Shown: positions 50,442-63,964 of the stretch, in pieces
Position numbering within the stretch: the first letter of the stretch is position 1
Layout of the letters: each line of letters starts with the position of its first letter
Source of the DNA: Octopus vulgaris
Taxonomy: Eukaryota
NCBI GenBank assembly: GCA_951406725.2
Contig: OX597819.1
Coordinates: 7,316,001 to 7,380,000 of the forward strand
Direction: 5' to 3'
DNA length: 64,000 bases
Made by a program: the position numbers and the translations under genes
The notes under the pieces: model-generated
Database searches by the model: none
What the model was told of the DNA's origin: nothing
What the model saw: only the letters and a program-made list of their open reading frames with translations

Positions 50442-51528
50442 TCTATATACTGCAGCTGACACAGTTGAGAAGAACAGATATCAACCTATCTGGGAATGTT
50501 ATTTGAGAGGCAAAGACTGGTGTTTTGTACAGAGCAAGGGTGAGGAACCTGTTGTTCTGGATCATGCTACTCTTTAACCAATTTTGAATGGATTGTGGAT
50601 GCTTTGATGATTTAAAAAAAATATTAACTTGGCCTTCATTCTTCCAGTGATGATAAAAAAGTACCAATCCATAGTAGAGGATTGGTGAAACTAAAAATTG
50701 TCATTTCTTGCAGTATTTGTTCCAGTTCTTTGCATTGTGAGTTCAAATCTCACCATACCCACTTTTGTGGTAGACTTAATTCATTACCCAGTTTAACACA
50801 ACTACCTGGTACTTTGGATGCCTTCAGGAGAATCCACTCTGTTGTACGTATTTGGATTAAGACCTAGATTTGAAGGTACTTTTCTCCTTCCTTTACTCCC
50901 ACCAGCAATAGGGGCCCCTATCAGAATCATGACACTGATGAAGCTTATGGTTAGCTTCATTTGTAATTTTTCTGTTGTCTACAGACATTATTCAGTAAAA
51001 TATCTTTTTGGAAAAAAATTTTTTGTAAGAATTTTATAATGATGAATTTATTGTGATACTATAAAGCAATTATACTAGAAAATGAAAAATTGACAATAAA
51101 AAGAGAACCTACAACAGAGCTTAAATAGTGATGTATGCTTTTATTAAAGTCTCAGTTGGCTTACTATTGTGTCTGATCTGTTCTGAAAAATTTAAAGCAA
51201 CAACAATATAGAATGACATTTTAATAAATAAACATTCCTCTTTCCCTGGTGAAGAGTGCACAAGAAAGATCTTAGAACTGAAGAAGAAAACTGTATAAAT
51301 TTCAACAATAGTGAAGAAATTTATTAAGCATTCAGAATCTACAACTTTTTTTAGGTTTTATTGCAAAAGAAGGAAATCCTATGTCAAAAAAAAAAACTTT
51401 TTATTCATGTTTTAAAATATTCTTGAGTGTTTATTTTTCAACTTTGCTGTTAAGTTGGTATTAGGAAATGGTGATGGTCTTTCTTAGATTATTGATCTTA
51501 CATGATAGATCTTTGATCTTATTAATTA

Positions 51529-52042
51529 CTAGCAGTATCGCCCGGCGTTGCTCGGGCTTGTAAGGGAAATAACTATGTAAGCATTTTTAGAGAGTTACTT
51601 CCCTTATAGATGCCAATTCGGGCTTTCTTAGCCATTTCTGTTTTGGTGTCTTCAAGCCATGAAGTCGTTGTTCTAAAAGAACGCTGGTCTCCTTCACAAC
51701 GCTTTACGACGTTGATTTCCTTACACTCCCTTCCCCACAGCTTCACAAGGGAGGGAAGGGGCAGAAGCAAACACAGGTGCAGGTGTTTGAGCGTGGACGC
51801 CAACTCCGCCGCCATCGACACACGAAAAATTATGCATTAAAATGGAATAAAAAATGATGTTAAATTATTTTTAAAATCGTAGACTCATCGTAGACGCGCG
51901 CTAATAGCCAGAAGGGCTCGATATTAATCACGACTATAAGATACCCGAATTTGGTTAAACTGCACCGCAAAATGTGGGAGGAGTTAGGAATCTAAATCGA
52001 AGGGGACAGACACTCACACAACTACAGTTTTATATATATAGA
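51529..52042 (-). mobile_element. Non-autonomous Helitron, longer variant with about 215 bp extra internal sequence
   Basis: Same termini and hairpin as the 60675 copy, on the - strand. Confidence 0.85.
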
Positions 52043-53089
52043 TATCTTTTAACCATATACCCATTGTATGTTATCAATACAATTATTGCTATGTATCAAT
52101 AAAAGCAATGTGACCATGATGTAAGTGCTTCTATCATGGCCCAAACCCATGGGGAGATCTCAACTCAGCACTGAAGTGCTTATTCATATGAAGTTGCTGT
52201 AAAACTATTCCAATTGTGATATTTTTACAGTTAGAAAACCTGGATTGTTGAGAGGCAAGAGTTTTGATTATGAATAGAGCCAATAATAGGATGGTGATGA
52301 TGATGATGATGATGATGATGGCATTCTCTTGTAGTCTGAGAAAAATGGTTCAGCAATTTCTTGCTAAACAACTTGCACAAATAATTTGTTTATAGTGATG
52401 AAATATTTGTGCCGTACATTAGCTCACTCCCTCCATCAATTCAACATTACCTGAACGGATGCATGGCATGCCACATGTCAGGTGTTGAATTGATTGTAGA
52501 GCATCATGCTCAAGAACACAACGCACCACTAGGTCCAGGAATTGAAACTATGATCGCAAGATCGTGATTGTAACACCCTGACCTCCAGGCTGTGCACCTT
52601 CATCAGTAATAGGATAAAAATTGGTTAATTGAACACTAATTCCCTGACCTACTCATAGTTTTATTTCACCCAACAAGGACCAACCATTTGAATGACATCC
52701 AAAAATCAGAGGAGCTGTCACAAAACAATACAAATATCTATCAAGATGTGATGTACAATTATTTATTTAGTTTATTATAATATAAGCAACTTATTAACTC
52801 CATATTTTGTATTGACCCACAGAACTTGACTAATCTCATCTTTGGCACTGCAAGTCAAAAAAGAAGCCTGTCTTAGGTAACTTTTGATCAAGCAGAACTA
52901 TAATCAACAGCATCCCAGTCATAGCCATTTTATTTTTTTCCATTTTCCAATGTTCTTTATTAAGATGGCAGAATGTGTGAAGAAAAGGATTTACTGGAAA
53001 TTTGGGAGCCAGTTATTGTTATAAGGGATAATCTTAATGACTGATTATTGTTATCAAAATTAGTAGGTCCAAAGCTCTTTATTGTTTAA

Positions 53090-53310
53090 CCCTTTAGCAT
53101 TCAAACTGGCCATATCCGGCCCAAATATTCTACTTGTTTTATGCTCAAATTGGCCAGATCCAACTTTTCATACCTATCCCACAGTGTGATTCTGAAAAAT
53201 AAGCAATCACATTATTGAAATCTTGAAGCTATGAGACAGTGCATGGTTGATTCAAAACAATGTGAATAAATAAGCATTAGATTTGACAGAGTAATCTGAA
53301 TGCTAAACGG
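53090..53310. mobile_element. piggyBac-type MITE family 2 (opposite orientation to 15104)
   Basis: TTAA|ccctttagcattca...tgaatgctaaacgg|TTAA. Confidence 0.8.
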
Positions 53311-53393
53311 TTAATGTTATCAACTAGTTATTATTATGAAAAAGTTTCATCCCAGTATGTGAGTATGTGCACAATGATTTAGATGTGACTTAC

Positions 53394-53559
53394 CTCCAAC
53401 AGTAACACTCTCAAGTTGCTGCTGCAGACTTGAAGAGTAATGAGAAATACTGCCAGCATAAGGGCAATGGTTGATGTTGCTTAGCACCTGTGGTGCATGC
53501 TGGCGGATGTAACTAACTGAGAACTTGGTCAAAAATGGACACGTCAAAGCAGCTTTCAT
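53394..53559 (-). CDS. ALAS: ALAS coding exon 1 (mitochondrial presequence, heme-regulatory motifs 1 and 2)
   Basis: Acceptor ttcaacag| precedes exon start 53572, 13 nt of UTR, ATG at 53559; MKAALTCPFLTKFSVSYIRQHAPQVLSNINHCPYAGS...VTVG; donor G|gtaagt. Confidence 0.9.
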
Positions 53560-53713
53560 TTTGTTAGAATGTCTGTTGAAACAAGAGAAAACAGAAGCAA
53601 CATAAGCTTTAAAAAGTGTTTTGCACATAGAAAATAACAGTGTTATACGTCAAGAAAACAATTTAGAAAAGAAATAAAAGCCAAGAAAAAAATGGTTCTT
53701 ACATATATATATA

Positions 53714-54119
53714 CTTTTACTTGTTTCAGTCATTTGACTGCGGCCATGCTGCAGCACCGCCTTTAGTCGAGCATATCGACTCCGGGACTTATTCTTTGTA
53801 AGCCCAGTACTTATTCTATCGGTCTCTTTAGCCGAACCGCTAAGTGACGGGGACGTAAACACACCAGCATCGGTTGTCAAGCAATGCTAGGGGGACAAAC
53901 ACAGACACACAAACATATACACACACACTTATATATATATATATATACATATATACGACAGGCTTCTTTCAGTTTCCATCTACCAAATCCACTCACAAGG
54001 CATTGGTCGGCCCGGGGCTATAGCAGAAGACACTTGCCCAAGATGCCACGTAGTGGGACTGAACCCGGAACCATGTGGTTGGTTAGCAAGCTACTTACCA
54101 CACAGCCACTCCTGCGCCT
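53714..54119 (-). mobile_element. SINE family A
   Basis: Full-length match. Confidence 0.88.
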
Positions 54120-55259
54120 ATTGTAAAGATTTAATAAATGTAAGCTTTGTATTGGGAAGTCATGGAAACAGCACTGACGCAAAAAGGATAAAAACTGCTA
54201 GAACTATGTCAACTAACAAAATCGTATTTCTTTGTACAGAAGAAAAGCAAATTGAAAGATTTTATGCTTGTTTTCTAGGATAGGCTGAAAATTCAACACA
54301 ATTAACAATTACCTTTTGTCTTTCTTTTTATTGTTTACACATTTTCCCTATGTTTAAAGTAGGTAAGCTGAAGTTTGTTTTGTAAAATTTGGACAATTCC
54401 AGGTTGTTGGAACAAATTTCAGACTGCCCATCCTTACCAATCACGAGCCATTCAACTGTGAAGGAGCCGAAACACAAACAATAGGGAAGGAGAGGCATAT
54501 TGAGTCCTTTGCCAGATATTTATCAGTTTCTCTCAACTCCAAAACAGGAAGCATGACACTATGGCACCATCCTTTCTTCGGACTACTTTTCAAGTTCGTT
54601 GTTCTGGATCACAGACTTCAGTCACTAGATTAACCAACTTTTAATTGTCAAACAAAACTTCATGGTGCTACAAGAAGAACTGTATATTTGGATCGTTTGT
54701 ACCAGAGGTATGTTCTGAGTGTCTTCTTTGCCTATGTTATGTTGAATAAATAAAATATCCTTGAAAATTCTGAAAGTCAAGGAAATTCAAAAGTGTGGTA
54801 TAATGGGTCACTTAAGACATAGCACAGAGACTTCTATAAATAGAAGAGAAGAAGAACTAAAGAAGTCTTCCACACCCTACAGATATGTGCCAGTATCTGA
54901 AAGTGATTTAATAGCATTGTTTCGTGTAATTACTGATATTTACATAGAATCAAGGAGGAAAAGAGAAGTAAAAATACACCAAAGAAACAACAAAAGTCTA
55001 AGAGTGGAAAGGAAAGAGGGTAACTTGCTCCAAAATGGCATAAAACAGGTAACGCAGAGTGTGACAAAACTATGATAGTGCAGATGATTCAGAGGAATAA
55101 GATGCTGAGTGCTCCATCTGCAAGAGGTTCTGGAGCAGATACAAAGGTAGTTCAAATATGATTATGTATATATGAAATGAGCATTCAAAATAGCCTCCCA
55201 ATTCATTTGAAGTGCTTATCAGAATCATTTTATTCATTTGAGATTGTAAATCCATGTTA

Positions 55260-55657
55260 ACTCTTTACTCTTTTCAGTCATTTGACTGCGGCCATGCTGA
55301 AGCACCACCTTTAATCGAGCAACTCGACCCTGGGACGTATTCTTTTGTAAGCCCAGTACTTATTCTATCGGTCTCTTTTGCCGAACTGCTAAGTAACGGG
55401 GACATAAACACACCAGCATTGGTTGTCAAGCAATGCCAGGGGGACAAACACAGACACACACACGCATATATATATATATGTATATACATATATACGACGG
55501 GCTTCTTTCAGTTTCTGTTTACCAAATCCACTCACAAGGCTTTGGTCGGCCCGAGGCTATAGTAGAAGACACTTGCTCAAGGTGCCACGCAGTGGGATTG
55601 AACCCGGAACCATGTGGTTGGTAAACAAGCTACTTACCACACAGCCATTCCTGCGCC
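55260..55657 (-). mobile_element. SINE family A
   Basis: Full-length match. Confidence 0.88.
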
Positions 55658-58010
55658 AACTGTTACATGTTGGTTTTTATTTGACATTGTTTTCAAAATT
55701 TTGGAAAAACTAACCTGTTATGCCCTACCCCGTCCTATATAAGCTGTCCTCACAATAGCTGTAGTAATGTTTAAACATTATTATTGGGTTAGTGGTCCAA
55801 CTCCACAAATTCTTACTAATTTTCTTAGCTGTCTGGTACTTTAGTAATTGAGAGAGAGAGAGAAAGATTCAGTTATGAAGATGCTAAGAGTGCCAGCTCA
55901 GGTCAATATCCTGTACCTTATCACCAGTGCTGCTTGCTGCCTCAGTTCCCCTACATGCAACTGAATACAGCAAGCTTCCTGATGTTAGTAGATGATTTCT
56001 TGTTTGTCTGTTCATATGGATGATGACCACGAAATCATCCTTATTGTCTCAAAATGTTTTGTTACACATTTGACAGATGCCAATACAATGGTGACTCTGG
56101 ACGTCTGTAGCATTTTTTTCTGCTTAGATACCATGCCACCTTTCCTGATGTTTGACTACTGAAGCAACAGTCTTGACTTCCAATCCACTACATGCATAAA
56201 AGAACAGCTATTTCAATATACCCCAGTTCACCTAACTATTAGAAATAAAAGCCAGGGCATCTGGAAACCGTTCTATATACCGAATGTGTATTAGGCAGAC
56301 TTTATTGTATCACTCTGCAGTATTCTAAGTGCACCCAATATATATTGCAAATGTAGCTGTAGATAGATAAAACATCAAATCATAGAAACTGTGCTTAAAA
56401 CAGAATGTGCAAATGAAATATAGACTTTGCATGCCACATAACAGGCCACCCGTCTAGAAAGGCAGTATCTCTGAATAAGAAGTAGAGGGGACATAGAAAC
56501 CAATCTGGTGCCTGGAGTACCCAAGTAAGACATACAGAACAATAAGGTTGGCTGGTTTTATTTGTTGCTGTAGGTGAAACAGATGAAGGACGACCATGAC
56601 AATCCATGCTTTGAGGATTGTCCTACTCATGCCAGCACTAGAAAATAATTGACATAAAATGACAATGACAATTAGTGCAGGCTCATTAATAAATTTATTG
56701 CTGTTTGAACAGAGGGTGATGTAGGCAAAGAGAAACAGATGTATAATGTATGGAGGGAGGTTCAGATAAGACAAAGAGATATACTTTAGGGAAAATAGAT
56801 ACATTAAAGAAGAAACAAGATTATAAAGGAGGTGGTAGATGTAAAATATGAGAAAAAGAAAGTGTATGTATTATGTCTCCTAAACTCTGTGAAGTCCTTT
56901 GAAAGCCTAGTGCGAAGTAAATAATCTCTCCTTGTTTAGGATGCCAGTCTATTTCCATCTTATATCATCTAGAAAACTAGGTGACCTATGAAATTATGTT
57001 AGGATAGCAGTAGATTTGAACTTGTGACCAGTTCATCTCTACTTCATAAGCGGTATAAATAAGTGAATTGATTTCAATTGCTAAAGAAAAACCAGTTTAT
57101 GGACTTGGTTTTCTGAAAACTTATCTTCTACTTAACGCAGCTTGCCACAAGGTCATTTGTTAATTATAACTATACAGAAGGTCGTTAAGAATCTGACAAA
57201 TAGGTAAAAGAAGACAGTAAGACATAACGTACCTAACAACAGTAGAGGTTGCTGCTGATGCTGGAGAGCAGCAATAGTGTTATAACTATATCGACTATTA
57301 CAGTAGTGAATAAACCATGGGATTCGGTTATAATAGAAATTGGCTGGTGAATGTTCTTGTAGTAACAAACATGTTTTTCAGCAAGCTAAATCTATCAGAG
57401 AGCATTGGGTTTGATTTCACTTTACTTATGTCACTAATGCTCTTGAAGAAAGGTTGGAGGTCACACAGTCTTTTTACCCCACATCTTAATAATTCTGAGA
57501 TAGTCTAATATAAAATTTCAATAACATTTTATTGCAGTATCATTAAGATTTTGATGGGGGAAAAAAAAAAGAAGCTAGAAACGAAAGAAATCTCAAACAG
57601 TTATTAGTGTATCATTGGCAACAGCCATGAAATAATAACAATGGAGAAAGAGAAAGAAAAAAAGAGGCTACTATTGATGAGAAGATAAGTGACTGATTAG
57701 TAACTAGCCACCATTCACCTTGCCAATGTGTGTGTGTGATGGTTCCATTATCCAGTGACTTACATAAGAAACAAAATGGATTTTATTGATGCTGTTATGG
57801 ATACACATTGATAGAGTCAATAGAATAATTGTCAAAACTGAATAAAAAAATTATATGAATACACGCAAATCTTTACATGAAGGCAATCTTATTTTTTATT
57901 TAGTAGGAGTGAGAGCCAGTTATGTTTGCAGGTCTTTCCAGATAAGTGAAGCCAATGTAGCTGACGTCTGACTTAACTTCTGCCAGTTAATAATAGGGAG
58001 TGTGTTCTGA

Positions 58011-58626
58011 TTGCATCATCCATACTCTCAACAATGTGCCCTTAAATATGGTTTCTGATTACAAATATCTTGGGTCATACATATCATCATCTGGAAAAGA
58101 CTTTCTAACTAGAAAGGGTATGACCTGGTCAGCCTGTAATGACATGCATAAGATCTGGTCATCAAATCTAAGTAGAGACTTCAAACTTGAAATCTTCAAA
58201 GCCACAGTCGAACCAATTCTATTATATGGCTCAGAAACCTGGACGTTATCAAAGAAGCTTGAGAGGCGGTTGGATGGAACCTACACTCGCCTCCTTATGA
58301 GAGCTCAAAATCTCTCGTGGAAGCGCCATTCAACCAAAATGCAAATATATGGGAAACTACCACCTGTGTCATCTCTTGTGAAAGGTAAGAGAGTCCAGTT
58401 TGCTGGACATTGTTGTAGAGCTGAAAAAGAGGTAATTTCTACTCTTCTCCTCTGGAAGCCATCTACTCGCAATACCAGAGGGCGCACACTCTCCTACCCT
58501 GATGTAATCTCCAGGGATACAGGCATCCAGCAACAGGACCTCCGTAATGCCATGATGGACCGTGAAGTCTGGCGTAGCATGGTAAATTCCATTGTCTCGA
58601 CCAAGGTCGAACAATAATGATGATGA
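58011..58626 (+). mobile_element. 5'-truncated RTE-like LINE, near-identical to the 39504 copy
   Basis: YKYLGSYI...LLYGSETW...; (TGA)n tail; 10-bp TSD TGTGTTCTGA (58001-58010 and 58627-58636). Confidence 0.92.
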
Positions 58627-59029
58627 TGTGTTCTGAGTAGGAAAGTCTTGAATAGGAATTTTGGGCAGGAGTGAAACAATGAGGAGGACAACTGGAGAAA
58701 AGACGTGTGCGATAGGTAAGCTTAAGTTGAGATGTTACACAAAGCGTAATTTCAGAGATTTAGTAATAACTGTTAAATAAATAAATGCAAAGAAGAAATA
58801 TTAAATTTGTAGGCCAGAGGTTAAATCATGCTGGTGAGTGAATCTTTGGTAGTAAGTTTGATGGCTTCCTTTTGGGTGTAATGTAGGATATTTGCATGTT
58901 TAGTAGCAATGTACTCACAGATATGTGAGTAGACTTTAATGTAATTACTTTGCTTTGTAGAGAGTCAGCCAGATATCAAGACTAAAATGTCTTCTGGCAC
59001 CCGAAGAGAAAACCTAATCTTTGGCACAC

Positions 59030-59435
59030 TTGGCTGTAGTTACTTCCGAACCACATGGTTACGGGTTCAGTTCCACTGTGTGACACTTTGGGTAATCGCC
59101 TTCTACTATAGCTCTGAGCTGACCAAAACCTTGAGAGTGGATTTGGTAGATGGAAACTGAAAGAAGCCTGTCATATTTATGTATAGTGTGTGTGTGCGTG
59201 TGTCTCTCTCTCACTTTGTCTTGACATCAAATGATAATTGTCAGTCATACAAGTAGTGTCATTTATTTTCAATATTATGTGAAAATATATCTGCCCATGG
59301 GTAATTGTTACCTTGCTTGGAAACAGGTGAGGGGTTGTTGACAAGAAGGTCATCCGTCCATAGAAAATCAGTCTCAATAATAAACTCCATCCAACCCATG
59401 CAAGTATGGAAAAGAAGGCATTAAAATGATGATGG
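59030..59435 (+). mobile_element. Older SINE with a family A head and a (GAT)n LINE-type tail
   Basis: Family A head and body, then ...ccatccaacccatgcaagtatggaaaag...taaaatgatgatg; relatives at about 63110-63515 (+) and 35355-35755 (-). Confidence 0.7.
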
Positions 59436-59781
59436 TGTAATCACCACAAAAAGTCACCAAGGATTGAGAGACAACAATAATAATTCTGAGAAAGCTAAGG
59501 AACAAATTAGATGTGATAAGAACTGTTCAATATGTCTCCAAGACACGTAATTAGTTGCTTCAGAATATGTTGAGAAGACATGAGTTAAAGCTGTACCACA
59601 AGCACCAATCATCCATTTGACACTACAGATCCAGAATTAAGCATCAATCTTACAAGCCTGCTTTACTTTAGAGACATTTATATTGCATATTGTAGTTGCC
59701 TAACTATATAGGGAAATCAGATAATTGTAATAAGGATGACAGTCATGATGGTACTGCTAGAAATAAAATGAAAATTAGTCG

Positions 59782-60187
59782 CATGCCAGCGCTGCCTCGA
59801 CTGGCTCCAGTGCCGGTGGCACATAAAAAGCACCATCCAAACGTGGCCGTTGCCAGCGCCGCCTTGGCTGGCTTCCGTGCCGGTGGCACATAAAAAGCAC
59901 CATCCAAATGTGGCCGTTGCCAGCGCCGCCTTGGCTGTCTTCCGTGCCGGTGACACGTTAAAAGCTCCAACTGATCGTGGCCGATGTCGGAGCCCCCTAG
60001 CACCTGTGCATGTGGCACGTAAAAAGCCCCCACTACACTCTCGGAGTGGTTGGCGTTAGGAAGGGCATCCAGCTGTAGAAACTCTGCCAGATCAGACTGG
60101 AGCTTGGTGCAGCCCCTGGTTTCCCAGACCCCGGTCGAACCATCCAACCCGTGCTAGCGCGGAAAACGGACGTTAAACGATGATGAT
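59782..60187 (+). mobile_element. Family B retroelement 3' end
   Basis: Four tandem units plus tail. Confidence 0.75.
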
Positions 60188-60674
60188 TGCTTTGGCTGTT
60201 CAAAACAAAATTTACAACATATGTAATTGATAACTTGTTCATTTTGTTTAAGAGTCTCTTATCACTTAATGAGAGTTATTTCCCTTCTTCAAGTATTCCT
60301 TACTTAATAACCAACAATATTTAGCAACTCCTCATAATTTAAAATACAAAATTCTTTCAAACAGTAACATAATAACCTGAATACATAAAGAAAGTATTCA
60401 ATTGCCATTAATTTTCCCATTTGTCTTGAGCAGAGGAGCTTTTTAAGATTAAAAAGTAAAATACAGGTGGTATCATGAATTAATACCCAACAGTTTGACT
60501 GTGTTGTTGTTTAACAGTAAATCTGTCCTGACTAAGTAAACATGTGATTCAAAGCATTCCATCCATGACCACTTCATCATTTTTGTATATGCAAGACAGT
60601 AGCACGTACACTGAGAGAATTTGGCTTGGAGGTGCAAAGTCAGAAATATCATGGCTGATTCACACAGATGGTTA

Positions 60675-60977
60675 TCTATATATATAAAAGTGAGGTTGTG
60701 TGCTGTCTGTCTCCTACGATTTAGATTCCTAACTACTCCCACATTTTGCGGTGCAGTTTAACCAAAACCGGGTATCTTATAGTTGTGATTCATATCAAGC
60801 CCTTCTGGGTATTAGCGCGCATCTACGATGAGTCTACGATTTTAAAAAAAATTTACCATAATTTTTCCGCATTTTTAATGCATTTTCGCTCGGTTTATAT
60901 AAGAGAAGTAACTCTCTATAAATGCTTATATAGTTATTTCCTTTACAAACCCGAGCAACGCCGGGCGATACTGCTAG
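60675..60977 (+). mobile_element. Non-autonomous Helitron
   Basis: A|TC...CTAG|T boundaries, subterminal hairpin cccgagcaacgccggg, no TSD. Confidence 0.85.
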
Positions 60978-62359
60978 TGATTAATAAATGGCTAATAATT
61001 TGAAAACAGCTATCTAAAGAAGTTGATCAAACCGCAAAGAAGATAAGCTGAAAACTACTCTTGACAAAATCATATCTTAATATGCTTAAGAGCACTTAAC
61101 ATATATCAAAGCTTATAAAAAAAAAATGTTTTTAAAAAATACAGTCGGCTATCAAAATTTTCAGTGGCTATATATAGACAGACGGATAAAACTATGACAG
61201 CCATTACGTTATTGTGTCATGGTTGTTGCTTCCATTCTGTGTACGTGCATACACATGATTTGCAACCAACACACAAAAGAAATTAATGCACCCATAAGAG
61301 GTTAGCTACTTAAAATAATGTAGTAATTAATATTTATGAGCATATACTTGTGTTACAGGAAACATTTTGTAAAACATGAGCTTTTTGCACACACAACTAT
61401 TTACTTCGAAATGAAGCCTCATGGAGTCAGACCACCTGCTAGAAATAGCAATCAAATCTCCCTCAAATACTATCCTATCGTCTTGAAAGAGACGGAAGGA
61501 CACATGGATGTAGTCCAATGTCTTCTAAATACCACAGTTGTGCTAAATCAGGACTGACTTTGAGAAATCAACAATTCAGATTAAAATAAAAGAAAATGTA
61601 AAAGAAATAAAGAACAACAAAGTGTATGCAGGATTATTCAACAGTAAATAAATGTTATGCCTGTTTTTGGTTTAATAGTAAATGTGATTTTTAGTTTCAA
61701 GATACATGTTATAGTGAAGATTAGTCCAATATCCATTGTGACGAACTACAAATCTAAAGACTTGCCCCTTATTAAAAAAAAGACAAATCTAAACACTTTC
61801 CCCCCAAAAATCAGTTTAGCAGAAGCCACCCACCTTTCTTAAATGCCAGCTAATGAAATACTTAGCAATTATGGAGAGTTCCTGCCTGTTTCAAAGGACT
61901 CTTTTTTGAATTTCCAAATGAGAATTCGTTGGTATCAGTAACTTAGGGTGCTTTTAGGAGAGAAAGAAATTGATAATCTGGGCTATAGTCACCTCAGTAG
62001 TTTAAAGAAAAAGGCCTGGAGTTTGAAATTCTTTTATTGATTTCAACTAGAGGGTATGGCCATTTTTTCTACTTCTCATAGCAATCAAACTTATTGAATA
62101 CTTTTCTTTTATTATTACTATTGTTACTAGGGTGGTGAGCTGGCAGAATCGATAGCACACCAGGCAAAATGCTTAGTGGAAATTTGTCTGTCTTTATGTT
62201 CTGGGTTCAAATTCTGCCAAGCTTGACTTTACTTTTCAATCTTTCGGGGTCCATAAAATAAGTACCAGTCAATTAATGGGGTTCATGTAATAAACTTACA
62301 TCCTCCCCAAAAGTTGCTGGTTTTGAGCCAAAATTTGAAATAATTATTATTATTGTGAC

Positions 62360-62687
62360 CGTGTCGGTGGCACGTAAAAAGCACCATCCAAATCGTGGCC
62401 GAAGCCAGTGCCGCCTCGACTGGCTTCCGTGCCGGTGGCACGTAAAATACACTAATTCGACCGTGGCCGATGCCAGCCTCGCCTGGCACCAGTGCAGGTG
62501 GCACGTAAAAAGCACCCACTACACTCATGGAGTGGTTGGCGTTAGGAAGGGCATCCAGCTGTAGAAACATTGCCAGATAAGACCGGAGCCTGGTGCAGCC
62601 TTCTGGCTTCCCAGATCCCCGGTCGAACCGTCCAACCCATGCTAGCATGGAGAACGGACGTTAAACAATGATGATGATGATGATGAT
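62360..62687 (+). mobile_element. Family B retroelement 3' end
   Basis: Three units plus tail; short tail-only copies also at 19768-19891, 31078-31270 and 39424-39503 (all -). Confidence 0.75.
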
Positions 62688-63521
62688 TGTTGTTACCACC
62701 AGGATCGTGGATTAGCAAATTGTTAGAGTGTCTGACAAAACCCTGCAATATTTCTTCTGTTTCTTTGTTCTAAGCTCAAACTGACCAAGGCCAAATTTGT
62801 TTTTTATCCTTCTGGAGCAAAAGTTCTCTTCTCAAGTTTGAAACTTTGTATCAATGTAAAAAAAATTATCATTGTTACCAATACAGAGCCTCAGTACGTT
62901 CTACAAATTCTGAGTTTTACTATGTACAAAACTAATATGGGCTATTTATAATTTAGTAGACTAGGCCAAATCTTGGACATAGTCAATGGTCAGATGTGAA
63001 TTGTTACAATCTGTCAACTCCATACCAGTTCTAAATTAAATGCAGTTATGACAAACTTTCCCCTTTGCTAATGCTCACAGTACTACATGGAATTGTTGAA
63101 GAAACAATTAGTTGTGTAGTTAAGAAGTTTGATTTCCAACCACATGGTTTCAGGCTCAGTTATACTGTGTATCCCCTTGGGCAAGAGTCTTCTACTATAG
63201 TCTTGGGCTAACCAAAAGCCTCATGTGTGAATTTGGTAGATGGAAACTGAAAGAAGCCCATCATGTGTGTGTGTATGTGTGTGTGCTTGTGCCTCCTTGC
63301 CTTCACATTGTGGGATAATTCTGAATATCACTATCATACAAGCAGTGTCACTCACTTCTAATATTCTGTGTAAATATCTGGCCATGGGAAAATATTACCT
63401 TACTTGGAAACAAGTGAAAACGACAAGAATGGATTCTGATCATAGAAAATCTGTTTCAATAAACTCCATCCAACCCATGCAAGCAAGGAAAAGCATGATG
63501 ATGATGATGATGATGAAGAAC

Positions 63522-63749
63522 TACTCTCTTACTCTTTACTCTTTTACTTGTTTCAGTCATTTGACTGCGGCCATGCTGGAGCACCGCCTTTAGTCGAGCA
63601 AATCGACCCCAGGACTTATTCTTTTGTAAGCCCAGTACTTATTCTATCGGTCTCTTTTTGCCGAACCACTAAGTGACGGGGATGTAAACACACCAGCATT
63701 GGTTGTCAAGCAATGCTAGGGGGACAAACACAGACACACAAACACACAC

Positions 63750-63798
<49 letters not shown>

Positions 63799-63964
63799 TA
63801 CGACGGGCTTCTTTCAGTTTCCGTCTACCAAATCCACTCACAAGGCATTGGTCGACCCGGGGCTATAGCAGAAGACACTTGCCCAAGGTGCCATGCAGTG
63901 GGACTGAACCCGGAACCATGTGGTTGGTTAGCAAGCTACTTACCACACAGCCACTCCTGCGCCT
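63522..63964 (-). mobile_element. SINE family A
   Basis: Full-length match. Confidence 0.88.

Noticed and set aside
555-63964. Dozens of recurring ORFs such as MSSNARGTNTDT..., MLGGQTQTH..., MTTDAGVFTSP... and MLFTCHRH...
   Set aside because: They are translations of SINE A and family B repeats and microsatellites, not a protein family.
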